NCBI GenBank assembly: GCA_043747615.1
Contig: JAYTOU010000057.1
Location: forward strand, 1 to 64,000
Source: Myxococcales bacterium
GTDB taxonomy: Bacteria > Myxococcota_A > Polyangia > Polyangiales > Polyangiaceae
DNA: 64,000 bases
Direction: 5' to 3'
Part shown: in pieces, positions 54,145 to 64,000 of the stretch
Position numbering within the stretch: position 1 is the stretch's first letter
How the letters are laid out: the number at the start of each line of letters is the position of its first letter
Program-made: the position numbers and the translations under genes
Notes under the pieces: generated by a model
The model's input: the letters and a program-made list of their open reading frames with translations, nothing else
The model's database searches: none
Told to the model about the DNA's origin: nothing

Positions 54145-54807
54145 ATGAAACATCGCGCTCTCATCTCCTCTTGCGTTGCTGCGCTGGTGGCTCTGTCTAC
54201 GCCTGCGCTGGCGCAAGACGCGATTCCGAAAATCCTCGACGTCCCCCACAAGCTCCGGAGCGGTGTCGTCCTCGGTTTCAACCTAGGAATGTTCGGGCTC
54301 TACGGCGCGAGCGGCTACCCGAACAAGACCAGCCAGATCGATCAGCCCGGCTACTACTCCGCAAGCGGCCCCACCTTCGGCCTCGTCGGCAACAGCGTCT
54401 CCCTCCACGTCATGGGAGCCATAGCCGACTACCTCAATTTCGGAATCTGGTTCGGCGGCGGCGCGGCTCAAAACAAGGACTGGACCTCCACCTCGGGCGG
54501 TGCGGGTTTGCGCGTCGAAGCGTTTCCGTTTTACGCCATGAACTCGAAGATCAAGGATCTCGGAATCGTCGGTCAGTTCGGGGTTGGCGTCGTCACGCTC
54601 AAATCGCGGCACGGCACTTCACCGGGGGCCGACGGCGCACAGTCCTTCCTCGGCACCGGTTTCTTCTATGAGTTCAATCTCGGGAAATCGCTCGGCGGTC
54701 ATTTCGGCTGGGGCCCGAGCGTCGAATACCAGGCCATCACGTCCGCCTCCGCCGAGCGTCACGGCGGGTTGATCGGAGCGCGTCTCGCCTTCTACGGCGG
54801 GATGTGA
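54145..54807 (+). CDS. hypothetical exported, probable small beta-barrel protein
   Basis: Signal peptide ending ALA-Q, alternating Gly/aromatic strands, terminal strand GARLAFY. Confidence 0.7.
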   Translation: MKHRALISSCVAALVALSTPALAQDAIPKILDVPHKLRSGVVLGFNLGMFGLYGASGYPNKTSQIDQPGYYSASGPTFGLVGNSVSLHVMGAIADYLNFGIWFGGGAAQNKDWTSTSGGAGLRVEAFPFYAMNSKIKDLGIVGQFGVGVVTLKSRHGTSPGADGAQSFLGTGFFYEFNLGKSLGGHFGWGPSVEYQAITSASAERHGGLIGARLAFYGGM

Positions 54808-54808
54808 C

Positions 54809-55080
54809 GTGAGCGCGAAAGATCCCTTCGGCCCATCCCGCACGGGCTCGGGACGCTTGGAGCGTGCCTTGGTCGCCGCGCCGCCGCCCGCCTCCGTGGC
54901 CGCGCATCGTCGCTCTCGACGATCGACGCCCTTCTCGCCAGCTGCAAGAAGGCCAACGGGACCGGTGGAAACGGAAACGTCCGGGGCACCCTCGCCGCCG
55001 ACGGAAGCGTGAGAAATGCCTCCGCGGACGCCCCATTCGACACCATCCTGGTCGAGCACTCTTTTCCCCTTCCCGCGTGA
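54809..55080 (+). pseudogene. collapsed relic of a tandem paralog of the downstream Ser/Thr kinase
   Basis: GTG 54809 reads MSAKDPFG (kinase: MAGDPFG). After a frameshift, 54907-55041 reads SSLSTIDALLASCKKANGTGGNGNVRGTLAADGSV..APFD, against the kinase C-terminus SSLRSMESILSSCKRPDGPTGVGKVRVIFANDGTV..APFE. Confidence 0.75.
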
Positions 55081-55164
55081 GCGCAGCCGCTAGGTGACTT
55101 TCGAGACTCTGTGCCGCGTGACACACACACATCCCGCGGCCTACGTGATATCGTTCCCCCCACC

Positions 55165-57804
55165 ATGGCGGGCGACCCGTTTGGCCTAATAGGAACCGTA
55201 ATCGATGGGCAATTCCGCGTTGATCAGTGGATCGGCGAGGGAGGGTTCAGCGTTGTCTACAAAGGGTTCCATCTGGGACTCAATGAGCCGGTCGCCATCA
55301 AGGTCCTCAAGATGCCTGAAGAGCATCTCAAGGAAGCGCACGAAGAGTTCACGAATCGATTCCGCGACGAGAGCCGGATCGCCTACCGCCTCTCGCAGGG
55401 GAACCTCCACATCGTCCGCAGCATCACGAGCGGATCGACGAAAGCCCCGGCCACCGGGCAGCTCGCTCTCTTCATGGTCCTCGAGTGGCTCGAAGGCTTC
55501 TCGCTCGCCGAAGATCTCCGCAAGCGACGCGCGGCCCACCTTACCGGCCGACCGATCGAAGAGGTGATGCGCATCTTCGCGCCGGCGGCCGAAGCGCTGG
55601 CGTATGCCCACGCCCACGGCGTCGTTCACCGCGACGTGAAGCCCGGCAATCTCTTTCTCGCGTCGACGCGTGAAGGGCACCGCCTGAAGGTGCTCGATTT
55701 CGGAATGGCGAAGATCCTGAGCGACGGAACGCTCGGAATGTCCCCGCTCGCGCAGAGCATGGGAAACGTGATGGTGTTCTCCGCGCCGTATGCCGCGCCG
55801 GAGCAATTCGATCCGAAGATCGCCCCCATCGGTGCATGGACGGACGTCTACTCGCTCGGGCTCGTTCTTCTCGAAGCGCTCAGCGATCGCCGCGTGCGTG
55901 GCGGAGAGAGCCTCGCGGAGTGCCTGATGCAGGCGTGCGACTCGAATCGCAAACCGAGCCCTCGTGCTCTCGGCGTCCAGGTGAGCGACGATGTAGAAGC
56001 AGTCTTCGCAAGAGCGATTTCAATCAACAAGAGCGAGCGTCCTCAAGACGCTGGCGAATTCTGGGGGCTTCTGAAAAACGCCATGCGACGTGACGGTCAG
56101 GACAACAAGGATTTCGCGGTCGCTCCCATGGAGAGCGAGCCCCCCGACAGTCACGATGATCCCGCGACCATCGTTCACGACACGCGGGGCATGTTCGACG
56201 AAGCTGGCAACCTTAACTACGACCCGCAGGACGCGAGCGGCGAAAACGACGAGCCCACACGTACCGTCGACCTGAACGCTCTCAATGCCACGTTCAAGGC
56301 CGATGCGGCCGGCCCGCAGCTCCCGCGCGAGGTCACTGATTTTCTGAATCGCGCGCCGGCCCCCGCGCCCGCCGCAGGAAAGCCGGCGGAGCGCCGACTC
56401 GAGCCTCAAGGACAGGCGAGCTACGGGCATCCCGCTACCGGTCCCGCGTTCTCTCCGTTCGGAGACGCTCCTGCCGTCGGCGTGCCGAGACCCGGTCCGC
56501 CGGCCGCGATGCCACCGATCCCCCAGCAGGAGGATGACCCCTCGCTTGGCGCGGCGACGATCATGCAACCGCTCAGCCCTCCAGCCCTCGGACAGATCAA
56601 ACCGCTCGCGCACGCGAGGCCGCTCGAGGCGATGGCGGGCGGCGGCCAAACGTTCCCGGAGCCATTCGACCCGCTTGACGGAGGAGCCCGCGGGTCTGAT
56701 CGACCGGACGTGACGGTCGCCATGTCGCCAGGAGCAAACCCTGGCGCGCTCGGAAGAACGCTGCCGCTCTCCGCCTCCCCGTACGCTGCAAATTACTCCG
56801 CCTACGGCCAGCCGCAACCCGGCGCGCAAGGTGCGGGGCCAGGCGCGGACGCCCCACCGTACGGCGCTCCGCCGGCGGGTTTCGCCGCGCCGCAAGGTCA
56901 GCCGCCGCCCATGCAGGCGCAGTACACCGCAGGTGGGTACGTTGCACCGGGCGCGGCTCCGCAAGGCTATATGCAAAGCGGCGCACCGCAAATGCAAGGC
57001 GCCGTGGCCCAAGGAGGGTACGTCGCGCCGGGTGCTCAGCCGCAGTGGCAAGGCAACGTTGCGTACGGAAATAAATCAGGCCCGAAGTCGCGCTTGATTC
57101 TCTACGTCGCTGCGGGCGCGATCGCGTTCCTCGCGCTGTGTCTCGCAGGCTTCGTTCTCTTCCGCGTGTGGCAGATGAGGCAGGCGGCGTCGCAAGTGAC
57201 GACTTCGCAGCCGGGCACGATCACGGCGACGACCGTGACCGATCCTTCGATGACTCCTGTTCCCGTCGGGGCAGTCGCCGCGCCGCCACCCGAAACAGTA
57301 ACGGCTGCTCCTGTCGCGGTTGCGGATCCACCACCTGCCCTTCCGGTTGCTCCGCCCGTTGCGCGGCCGCCGCCTCCCGTGGTGCAGCAAGCTCCCCCGC
57401 CTCCCGTGCAGAACGGAGGGGGCGCGTCTCCGCAGGTTCACACGGTTCCGAACAATCCGCCTCCGGTCGCCGGTGGCGTAGCCGGCCCTGGTCCGATGAA
57501 ATCCCCCGGGCCCCCTGCAGAGGCCGATCCGGGTGTCTTCAACTCCGCGCAAGCGCAGTCGTCGCTCCGATCGATGGAGTCCATTCTCTCGAGCTGCAAG
57601 CGCCCCGATGGCCCAACCGGCGTCGGGAAAGTTCGAGTGATCTTTGCAAACGATGGCACCGTCATGACGTCGACGGTGATGGGAGCTCCCTTCGAGGGGA
57701 CGGCGGTCGGAGACTGCGCATCCGGGCGCTTCAAGATGGCCAAGGTCCACGGCTTCGATGGCCCGCCGGGCGTTGCCGACTACACGTTCCACATCAACAA
57801 ATGA
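55165..57804 (+). CDS. membrane Ser/Thr protein kinase with Pro-rich linker and C-terminal TonB_C-like domain
   Basis: IGEGGFSVVY, VAIK, HRDVKPGN, DFG, YAAPEQ, DVYSLG; TM LILYVAAGAIAFLALCLAGFVLF. Confidence 0.93.
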   Translation: MAGDPFGLIGTVIDGQFRVDQWIGEGGFSVVYKGFHLGLNEPVAIKVLKMPEEHLKEAHEEFTNRFRDESRIAYRLSQGNLHIVRSITSGSTKAPATGQLALFMVLEWLEGFSLAEDLRKRRAAHLTGRPIEEVMRIFAPAAEALAYAHAHGVVHRDVKPGNLFLASTREGHRLKVLDFGMAKILSDGTLGMSPLAQSMGNVMVFSAPYAAPEQFDPKIAPIGAWTDVYSLGLVLLEALSDRRVRGGESLAECLMQACDSNRKPSPRALGVQVSDDVEAVFARAISINKSERPQDAGEFWGLLKNAMRRDGQDNKDFAVAPMESEPPDSHDDPATIVHDTRGMFDEAGNLNYDPQDASGENDEPTRTVDLNALNATFKADAAGPQLPREVTDFLNRAPAPAPAAGKPAERRLEPQGQASYGHPATGPAFSPFGDAPAVGVPRPGPPAAMPPIPQQEDDPSLGAATIMQPLSPPALGQIKPLAHARPLEAMAGGGQTFPEPFDPLDGGARGSDRPDVTVAMSPGANPGALGRTLPLSASPYAANYSAYGQPQPGAQGAGPGADAPPYGAPPAGFAAPQGQPPPMQAQYTAGGYVAPGAAPQGYMQSGAPQMQGAVAQGGYVAPGAQPQWQGNVAYGNKSGPKSRLILYVAAGAIAFLALCLAGFVLFRVWQMRQAASQVTTSQPGTITATTVTDPSMTPVPVGAVAAPPPETVTAAPVAVADPPPALPVAPPVARPPPPVVQQAPPPPVQNGGGASPQVHTVPNNPPPVAGGVAGPGPMKSPGPPAEADPGVFNSAQAQSSLRSMESILSSCKRPDGPTGVGKVRVIFANDGTVMTSTVMGAPFEGTAVGDCASGRFKMAKVHGFDGPPGVADYTFHINK

Positions 57805-57832
57805 TCGCCCTGGGATCAGCGGTGGGGGAAAA

Positions 57833-59119
57833 ATGAGCGACCCGAAGTCTCAACAGCTTTTTCAACGCGCCGCTCGGGTCATCCCGGGTGGAGTCAACAG
57901 CCCCGTGCGGGCCTTCCGCGCCGTAGGCGGAGATCCGATTTTCATCTCGCGCGCCGCGGGTGCTTATTTGTACGGTGCAGATGGTGCAAAGTACACGGAC
58001 TACGTGTGCTCGTGGGGTCCGATGATCCTGGGCCACGCGCACCCGGACGTGATCCGCGCCATCCACGAGGCCGTCGGGCGCGGCACGAGCTACGGCGCGC
58101 CGACCGAGCTCGAAGTTCAGTTCGCCGAGAAGCTCATCGAGCTCTACCCGAGCATCGAGATGGTGCGCGCCGTCTCCAGCGGCACGGAGGCGACGATGGC
58201 CGCGATCCGCGCTGCCCGCGGATTTACCGGGCGCGACGTGATCGTGAAATTCGAAGGCTGCTATCACGGCCACGCCGACTTCTTGCTCGTGAAGGCCGGG
58301 TCGGGCGCCGCCACCCTCGGCGTTCCGGATTCCGCGGGCGTCCCCACCGCGGCCGCCGGCAACACCACAACCATGCCGTACAACAATCTGAGCGCGCTCC
58401 GCGAGCTCTTCTCGGCGCGCGGGCACCGCATCGCCAGCGTCATTGTCGAGCCGGTCGTTGGCAACATGGGGTGCGTCCCTCCCGAGCCCGGCTTTCTCGA
58501 GGAAATCATTTCGCTCTGCACGAAGCATGGGGCCATCTCCCTCTTCGACGAAGTCATGACCGGATGCCGTGTAGCCCGCGGCGGCATGCAAGGACGCGCC
58601 GGGCACAAGCCCGATCTCACCTGCCTCGGAAAGATCATCGGCGGAGGAATGCCGCTCGCAGCCTACGGCGGCCGCCGCGACGTCATGGAGAAGATCGCGC
58701 CGCTCGGTCCCGTCTACCAAGCGGGGACCCTCAGCGGAAATCCGATAGCGGTCACCGCGGGCCTGGCGACGATCGCCCACCTCGACGACGCTCTCTATGC
58801 GAAGCTCGAAGCAGTCTCGGCGCGGCTCGAGGCCGGCCTCACCAAGGCCGCAGCGGCCGCGGGCGTCGAGGCCACCGTCCAGCGCGTGGGGTCGATGATC
58901 ACCCTATTTTTCTCGCAGGGACCCGTCAAGAGCTGGGACGACGCGAACCGCTCGGACACCGTCGCGTTCGGCAAATGGCATCAGGGAATGATCGCCCGCG
59001 GGCAGTACTGGCCGCCGTCGCAGTTCGAAGCGGCCTTCGTTAGTGGCGCCCACACCGAAGCGGACATCGACGCGACGATCAAAGCTGCGGAGGAGTCGCT
59101 CCGAGCGATCCGTGCCTGA
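57833..59119 (+). CDS. hemL: glutamate-1-semialdehyde 2,1-aminomutase
   Basis: IPGGVNSPVRAF, SGTEATM, FEGCYHGHAD, FDEVMTG, GKIIGGG, YQAGTLSGNP. Confidence 0.97.
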   Translation: MSDPKSQQLFQRAARVIPGGVNSPVRAFRAVGGDPIFISRAAGAYLYGADGAKYTDYVCSWGPMILGHAHPDVIRAIHEAVGRGTSYGAPTELEVQFAEKLIELYPSIEMVRAVSSGTEATMAAIRAARGFTGRDVIVKFEGCYHGHADFLLVKAGSGAATLGVPDSAGVPTAAAGNTTTMPYNNLSALRELFSARGHRIASVIVEPVVGNMGCVPPEPGFLEEIISLCTKHGAISLFDEVMTGCRVARGGMQGRAGHKPDLTCLGKIIGGGMPLAAYGGRRDVMEKIAPLGPVYQAGTLSGNPIAVTAGLATIAHLDDALYAKLEAVSARLEAGLTKAAAAAGVEATVQRVGSMITLFFSQGPVKSWDDANRSDTVAFGKWHQGMIARGQYWPPSQFEAAFVSGAHTEADIDATIKAAEESLRAIRA

Positions 59120-60023
59120 GCTTCCCGACGTCACCGCGTACGTCGAAGCACTAAGAGAGAGAGTCGTCGGATATCCGCTCGAGGGAGTGCGGCTGGCGAG
59201 TCCGTTCGTGCTTCGAACCGTGACGCCGAAAGCGTCGGACCTCGCCGGGAAGAAGCTCCTTGCGGTCGATCGTATGGCCAAGCGCATCGTCTTCTCTTTC
59301 GCAGACGAGCTCTTCATCGCCATCCATCTGATGAAAGCTGGTCGCTTTCGTTATCAGGAAAAAGGCGCCAAAATTCCCGGTCGGTTGGGGCTCGCGGCGT
59401 TCGACTTTTCGCCGGGCACAGTGCTCCTCACGGAGGCGGGGACGAAGCGCCGAGCGGCGATTCACTTCTTGAAGGGGAGGGCTGCCCTCGAAGATCTCGA
59501 CCCCGGCGGTCTCGAGGTGCTGAGCGCGACGCTCGCCCGGTTCACCGAAGTCCTCGCGCTCGAGAACCACACGCTCAAGCGCTCGCTCGCTGATCCGCAT
59601 CTCTTCAGCGGGATCGGCAACGCCTACTCCGACGAGATCCTCCATCGCGCAAAGCTGTCGCCCGTGAAGCAAAGCGCGCAGCTCTCGAAGGAAGAGATCA
59701 AGCGCCTCTTCGAGGCTACGAAAAAGACGCTCAAGGAATGGACCGATCGCCTGCGCAAGGAACGGCAGGGAAACTTCCCAGAAAAAGTGACGGCCTTCCG
59801 CGAGGACATGGCCGTTCACGGAAAATACGGGAAGGCCTGTCCGGCGTGCGGCTCGATCGTCCAACGCATCGTCTACGCCGAGAACGAGACGAACTATTGC
59901 GCCACCTGCCAGACGGAAGGAAAAGTGCTCGCCGATCGCTCGCTCTCTCGTCTCCTTAGCGACGACTGGCCGCGAACCCTGGAGGCCTTGGAAACAAAGC
60001 GCAAAACTGGCGTGTCCTCCTGA
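59112..60023 (+). CDS. Fpg/Nei family DNA glycosylase/AP lyase
   Basis: GTG start then PELPD, H2TH motif GIGNAYSDEIL, zinc finger CPAC..CATCQ. Confidence 0.9.
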   Translation: MPELPDVTAYVEALRERVVGYPLEGVRLASPFVLRTVTPKASDLAGKKLLAVDRMAKRIVFSFADELFIAIHLMKAGRFRYQEKGAKIPGRLGLAAFDFSPGTVLLTEAGTKRRAAIHFLKGRAALEDLDPGGLEVLSATLARFTEVLALENHTLKRSLADPHLFSGIGNAYSDEILHRAKLSPVKQSAQLSKEEIKRLFEATKKTLKEWTDRLRKERQGNFPEKVTAFREDMAVHGKYGKACPACGSIVQRIVYAENETNYCATCQTEGKVLADRSLSRLLSDDWPRTLEALETKRKTGVSS

Positions 60024-60026
60024 CGA

Positions 60027-62789
60027 CTAGGCCGTCGAGGTTGGGCCACTCGCGAGGTTCTTTGAGAGCGCCGCCTGCGACGCTGCGAGGCGCGCGATCG
60101 GGACTCTGAACGGTGAGCAGCTTACGTAGTCGAGACCCGCGGCGCTGAAGAACTGGACGCTCGCCGGATCGCCCCCGTGCTCGCCGCAGACGCCGAGCTT
60201 GATCTTTGGACGCGTCTTTTTGCCGCGCTCGACGGCCATGCTCACCAGAGCCCCCACCCCAGCTTGATCGAGGGAAACGAAGGGATCTTTCGCGAGTAGG
60301 CCGGTCTCCACGTAGGTCGGCAGGAACTTGCCGGCATCGTCGCGCGAGAGTCCCATAGTGCACTGCGTAAGATCGTTGGTGCCGAACGAGAAGAACTCGG
60401 CCTCCAGCGCGAGCTCGCCCGCCATGAGCGCCGCGCGCGGAAGCTCGATCATCGTCCCGAACATGAAGGGAACCTTTGGACCTTCGCCGAAGACCTCGCC
60501 GGCCACCTTGTCCACGATCTCGCGCATGCGAACGAGCTCGCCGTTGGTCATCGCCAAAGGGATCATGATCTCCGGGAAAATTTCGAGACCTTCTTGGGTG
60601 ACGGTTTGCGCGGCTTCGAGGATTGCGCGCACCTGCATCTCGTAGATCTCGGGATAGGTGATCGCTAGGCGGCAGCCGCGATGCCCGAGCATCGGATTGG
60701 TCTCGTGAAGATCCTTCAAGCGGGCCTCGAGCTTCGCGACGGACACGCCCATCGCCTCCGAGAGGTGCTCGATCTGCTTCTTTTCGTTCGGCAAGAACTC
60801 GTGGAGCGGGGGATCGAGCAAGCGAATCGTCACCGGCAGGCCACGCATCTCCCGAAAAATTCCCGCGAAATCTTCGCGCTGGTACGGCAGGAGCTTGGCG
60901 AGGGCGCGCTCGCGTTGCTTCACGTCGTCGGAAAGAATCATCTCGCGCATCGCTGCGATCCGATCCTCGTCGAAGAACATGTGCTCGGTCCGGCAGAGGC
61001 CGATCCCCTCGGCGCCGAAGCTGCGAGCCGTTCGCGCATCGAGCGGAGTATCGGCGTTGGCCCGCACCTTCATCACGCGCGCAGCATCAGCCCAACTCAT
61101 GAGCTCGGCGAACTCTCCCGAGAGCTCGGCCGGAACGGTGGAGACCGCGCCCTCGTAGATGCGCCCCGTCCCTCCGTCGAGGGTGATGATGTCCCCTTTT
61201 TTCAGGGTGATCGTCTCCGTCGGCTTGTCGTCCTCGTACACGGAGATGGTCATGGTCTGCTGCGCGTAGTTGACGCTGATCGCTGAGCAGCCGGCAATGC
61301 ACGGCTTTCCCATGCCGCGCGCGACGACGGCCGCGTGGCTCGTCATCCCTCCGCGGGCAGTCACGATCCCGCGTGCAGCCATCATTCCGTGGATGTCCTC
61401 GGGCGAGGTCTCGATGCGCACGAGAATGACCGGCTTGCCCTGACCCGCACGCTTCTCCGCTTCGTCGGCGTTGAAGACGATGTGACCGGAGGCCGCGCCG
61501 GGGCTGGCGGCGAGACCGCGTGCAAGCTGCTTCTTCGGCGCCGTGGGGTCGAGCGTGGGATGAAGAAGCTGATCGAGCGCGCCTGGGTCGACGCGGAGGA
61601 CCGCCTCTTCCTTCGTAATGAGCTTCTCGTTCACCATGCTCACCGCGACGCGAATGGCCGCGCGGCTGGTGCGCTTTCCCGAGCGACACTGGAGCATGTA
61701 AAGCTTGCCGCTCTGAATGGTGAACTCGAGATCCTGCATGTCGCGAAAGTGAGCCTCGAGCTTCTGACAGATCGCGCTGAGCGCCGTGTAGGCCTCGGGC
61801 ATGCGCGTCTGCAGCGAGTCGGGATGCTTCTCACCGGGCCGCGCCGGATCGTCTTCCATCGGGAACGGCGTGCGGATTCCGGCGACGACGTCTTCGCCTT
61901 GGGCGTTGGGCAGCCACTCACCAAACAGCCTTTTTTCTCCGGTGGAAGGGTTACGCGTGAAGGCCACGCCTGTCGCGCTCGTGTCTCCCAGGTTGCCGAA
62001 GACCATCGCCTGGATGGTGCAGGCCGTGCCCCATTCGTCGGGGATGTCGTTCATGCGGCGGTAGATGAAGGCGCGGTGGTTGTTCCACGATCGGAACACG
62101 GCTTCGATCGCACCGGTGAGCTGCGCGCGCGGATCGGAGGGGAAGTCTTTCCCCGTTTCCTTCTTCACGATCTCCTTGAACATCGAAGCGAGCGCCCGCA
62201 AATCCTCTGCCGGAAACTCGGAGTCCGGAACCTTTCGCTTGAGCTCTTCGCCGTTCATGCGGGTGGCGTCGATGCCCATGGCCTTGGCGGTCTTCGTCCG
62301 CACCTCCTCGAGCGCGTGCTCGAACAGCTCTTTTTTCACGCCGAGCGCGACGTCGGCGTACATGGCGATGAAGCGCCGGTACGCGTCATAAGCAAAGCGC
62401 GGGTTCGACGTGCGCGCCGCCAGCCCTTCGGCCGTCGCATCGTTCAACCCGAGGTTGAGGATCGTATCCATCATGCCGGGCATCGACGCGCGCGCGCCCG
62501 ACCGTACGCTCACGAGGAGCGGATTCTTCGGGTCGCCAAAGGTCATCCCGAGGCTCTTCTCCACGCGGGCAAGAGCCTCCGTCACTTCCGCAGCGACGCT
62601 TTCCGGTAGAGCCGCACCCGCTTTGAGAAAGTCGATCGACACCGCCGTCGCGATCGTGAATCCCGGCGGCACTGGCAAACCGAGCTTCGTCATCTCGGCG
62701 AGGCCGGCCCCTTTTCCTCCGAGGAGATCCTTCCGCTTGGGGTCGCCCTCGGCCTGGCCGTCGCCGAAAAAGAATACGCTCTTGGACAT
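60027..62789 (-). CDS. ppdK: pyruvate, phosphate dikinase
   Basis: LGGKGAGL, LLVSVRSGARASMPGMMDT, phospho-His GGMTSHAAVVAR, GLCRTEHM, FSFGTNDLTQ, CGEHGG. Confidence 0.97.
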   Translation of the reverse strand: MSKSVFFFGDGQAEGDPKRKDLLGGKGAGLAEMTKLGLPVPPGFTIATAVSIDFLKAGAALPESVAAEVTEALARVEKSLGMTFGDPKNPLLVSVRSGARASMPGMMDTILNLGLNDATAEGLAARTSNPRFAYDAYRRFIAMYADVALGVKKELFEHALEEVRTKTAKAMGIDATRMNGEELKRKVPDSEFPAEDLRALASMFKEIVKKETGKDFPSDPRAQLTGAIEAVFRSWNNHRAFIYRRMNDIPDEWGTACTIQAMVFGNLGDTSATGVAFTRNPSTGEKRLFGEWLPNAQGEDVVAGIRTPFPMEDDPARPGEKHPDSLQTRMPEAYTALSAICQKLEAHFRDMQDLEFTIQSGKLYMLQCRSGKRTSRAAIRVAVSMVNEKLITKEEAVLRVDPGALDQLLHPTLDPTAPKKQLARGLAASPGAASGHIVFNADEAEKRAGQGKPVILVRIETSPEDIHGMMAARGIVTARGGMTSHAAVVARGMGKPCIAGCSAISVNYAQQTMTISVYEDDKPTETITLKKGDIITLDGGTGRIYEGAVSTVPAELSGEFAELMSWADAARVMKVRANADTPLDARTARSFGAEGIGLCRTEHMFFDEDRIAAMREMILSDDVKQRERALAKLLPYQREDFAGIFREMRGLPVTIRLLDPPLHEFLPNEKKQIEHLSEAMGVSVAKLEARLKDLHETNPMLGHRGCRLAITYPEIYEMQVRAILEAAQTVTQEGLEIFPEIMIPLAMTNGELVRMREIVDKVAGEVFGEGPKVPFMFGTMIELPRAALMAGELALEAEFFSFGTNDLTQCTMGLSRDDAGKFLPTYVETGLLAKDPFVSLDQAGVGALVSMAVERGKKTRPKIKLGVCGEHGGDPASVQFFSAAGLDYVSCSPFRVPIARLAASQAALSKNLASGPTSTA

Positions 62790-62830
62790 TCAGCCTTCTT
62801 AGACTGGAGGAAGCGCGCGGCCAAGCGTGC

Positions 62831-64000
62831 TTAGCCTAGGCGGGAAAAGTCGGCGATCCGCAGCATGCACTCCGCTCCGTAGGAGAGCAGCTCGAGGCGC
62901 TTCGGCGTGAGCGGATCATTCGGATCGTTTACGAGCGTCTTCACGAAAATTTCTTCGAGCTTGTCCACCACCGCGGGCGTGTTCTCGATGGCCTCGGCGA
63001 CATGTTTGGTCGACTCGAGATCCTGGGTGAAGCCGTCGATCTTCGTCACCAGATCGACGAAGACCTGGTTCTTCTCGCGATCGGAGTCGAAGGCCTCGAT
63101 GCGGTGAAAGATTGGCTTCGCCGTTTTGCTGATTCCGGAGAGGCGCTTGGCGACGGTCCGTGCATTCTGCAACTTTCCCAGCGCGGCGTGGAGTCCTTGT
63201 GCTTTCCACAGCGCGTATGCGGGGTAGCTCACGACGCTGGAGCGTTTCGCTTCCACGTACGCGTAGCCACCGAGGACGGCCTCGGCCACCGCGGGGCTGG
63301 TTTTTGCGGCGAGAAGCCCGCGAAAGCGCTCCGCCGCGAACTCTTCGATCTTCTTCACCGTGTCCTCGAGAGACAGATCGAGCTTCTTTCCTTCGAAGCC
63401 CGCGTAGGCCGCGCGAACGAGCTCGTCCCAGGAGAGGCGCGCATACGCGGGATCCTTCGTGGCGCCGATGTCCATGAGGGTCCGGAGCGCGGCGATGCAC
63501 GCGCGGCGAAGGGCGTAGGGATCGGCGCTGCCGGTCGGACTGAGCCCCACCGCGAAGCAGCCAACGAGGGTATCGAAGCGATCGGCGAGAGCGATGACAG
63601 CGGAGACTCCGGGCTTCGCCACGTCGTCCGACGCACCGAGGGGCGCGTAGTGATCGCGAATGGCGAGCGCCACCTCCTTTGGCTCGCCGGCGCCGAGCGC
63701 GTACGCGTACCCCATCTGACCTTGCAGCTCCGGAAACTCTCCGACCATCAACGAGACGAGATCGGACTTGCAGAGGCGCGCGGCACGCTCGCTCATAACC
63801 GGATCGGCATTGACCTTCGGTGCGATGAATCGAGCTAGTTTCTCGAGGCGCACGACCTTTTCGCGGACCGTTCCGAGACGCACGTGAAAGACGATCCCTT
63901 CGAGCTTCTCGACACGAGAGTCGAGCTTGGCCTTCTTGTCTTCTTCGAAGAAGAAGCGGGCGTCGGCGAGGCGAGCGCGCATCACGCGATCGTTTCCCTT
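62831..64000 (-). CDS. glyS: glycine-tRNA ligase beta subunit (5' part outside the window)
   Basis: GNDRVMRARLADARFF, MVGEFPELQG, PTGSADPYALRR, C-terminal IADFSRL. Confidence 0.93.
   Translation of the reverse strand, partial: KGNDRVMRARLADARFFFEEDKKAKLDSRVEKLEGIVFHVRLGTVREKVVRLEKLARFIAPKVNADPVMSERAARLCKSDLVSLMVGEFPELQGQMGYAYALGAGEPKEVALAIRDHYAPLGASDDVAKPGVSAVIALADRFDTLVGCFAVGLSPTGSADPYALRRACIAALRTLMDIGATKDPAYARLSWDELVRAAYAGFEGKKLDLSLEDTVKKIEEFAAERFRGLLAAKTSPAVAEAVLGGYAYVEAKRSSVVSYPAYALWKAQGLHAALGKLQNARTVAKRLSGISKTAKPIFHRIEAFDSDREKNQVFVDLVTKIDGFTQDLESTKHVAEAIENTPAVVDKLEEIFVKTLVNDPNDPLTPKRLELLSYGAECMLRIADFSRLG

Noticed and set aside
56780..57080. Quasi-repeats (GGYVAPGA twice; Gln/Pro/Gly-rich)
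   Set aside because: Low-complexity kinase linker, not a CRISPR array or mobile repeat.

Overview
GC-rich, gene-dense chromosomal segment, most likely from a myxobacterium of the Polyangiaceae/Labilithrix type. This assignment is inferred from the TPR giants, Cys-rich lipoproteins, IgGFc-binding protein and Pro-rich Ser/Thr kinase. No transposase, integrase, phage gene or CRISPR array is visible. In order, the window holds: tRNA-Ala(GGC), an orphan cpaB, a metallophosphoesterase, an RpoD-type sigma factor, hflX, an acyl-CoA ligase, an MFS-tetR-lon block, Rrf2-trxA, an aerobic benzoyl-CoA (box) cluster lacking boxA, a GpsA-like protein missing catalytic residues, ygiQ, a TolC-family gene, a HAD-PP2C-ACAD-lipoprotein-ACAD operon, an amidase, apaG-cyaY, a complete isc operon, glyA, a kinase, hemL, an Fpg/Nei glycosylase, ppdK and partial glyS. 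Five signals stand out. (1) The isc operon is headed by a Cys-rich MerR regulator rather than IscR, with two TNACGTNA dyads upstream. (2) An uncharacterised nucleoside-phosphorylase-like gene starts 2 bp after boxB. (3) A shared TGAACG-N11-(CG/AA)TTCA dyad lies before both tetR and lon. (4) Three genes have collapsed by internal deletion: a patatin, tam, and an unannotated tandem kinase relic. (5) A lipoprotein carries a MACPF-like motif. All family assignments come from motif recognition by eye; no database searches were run.
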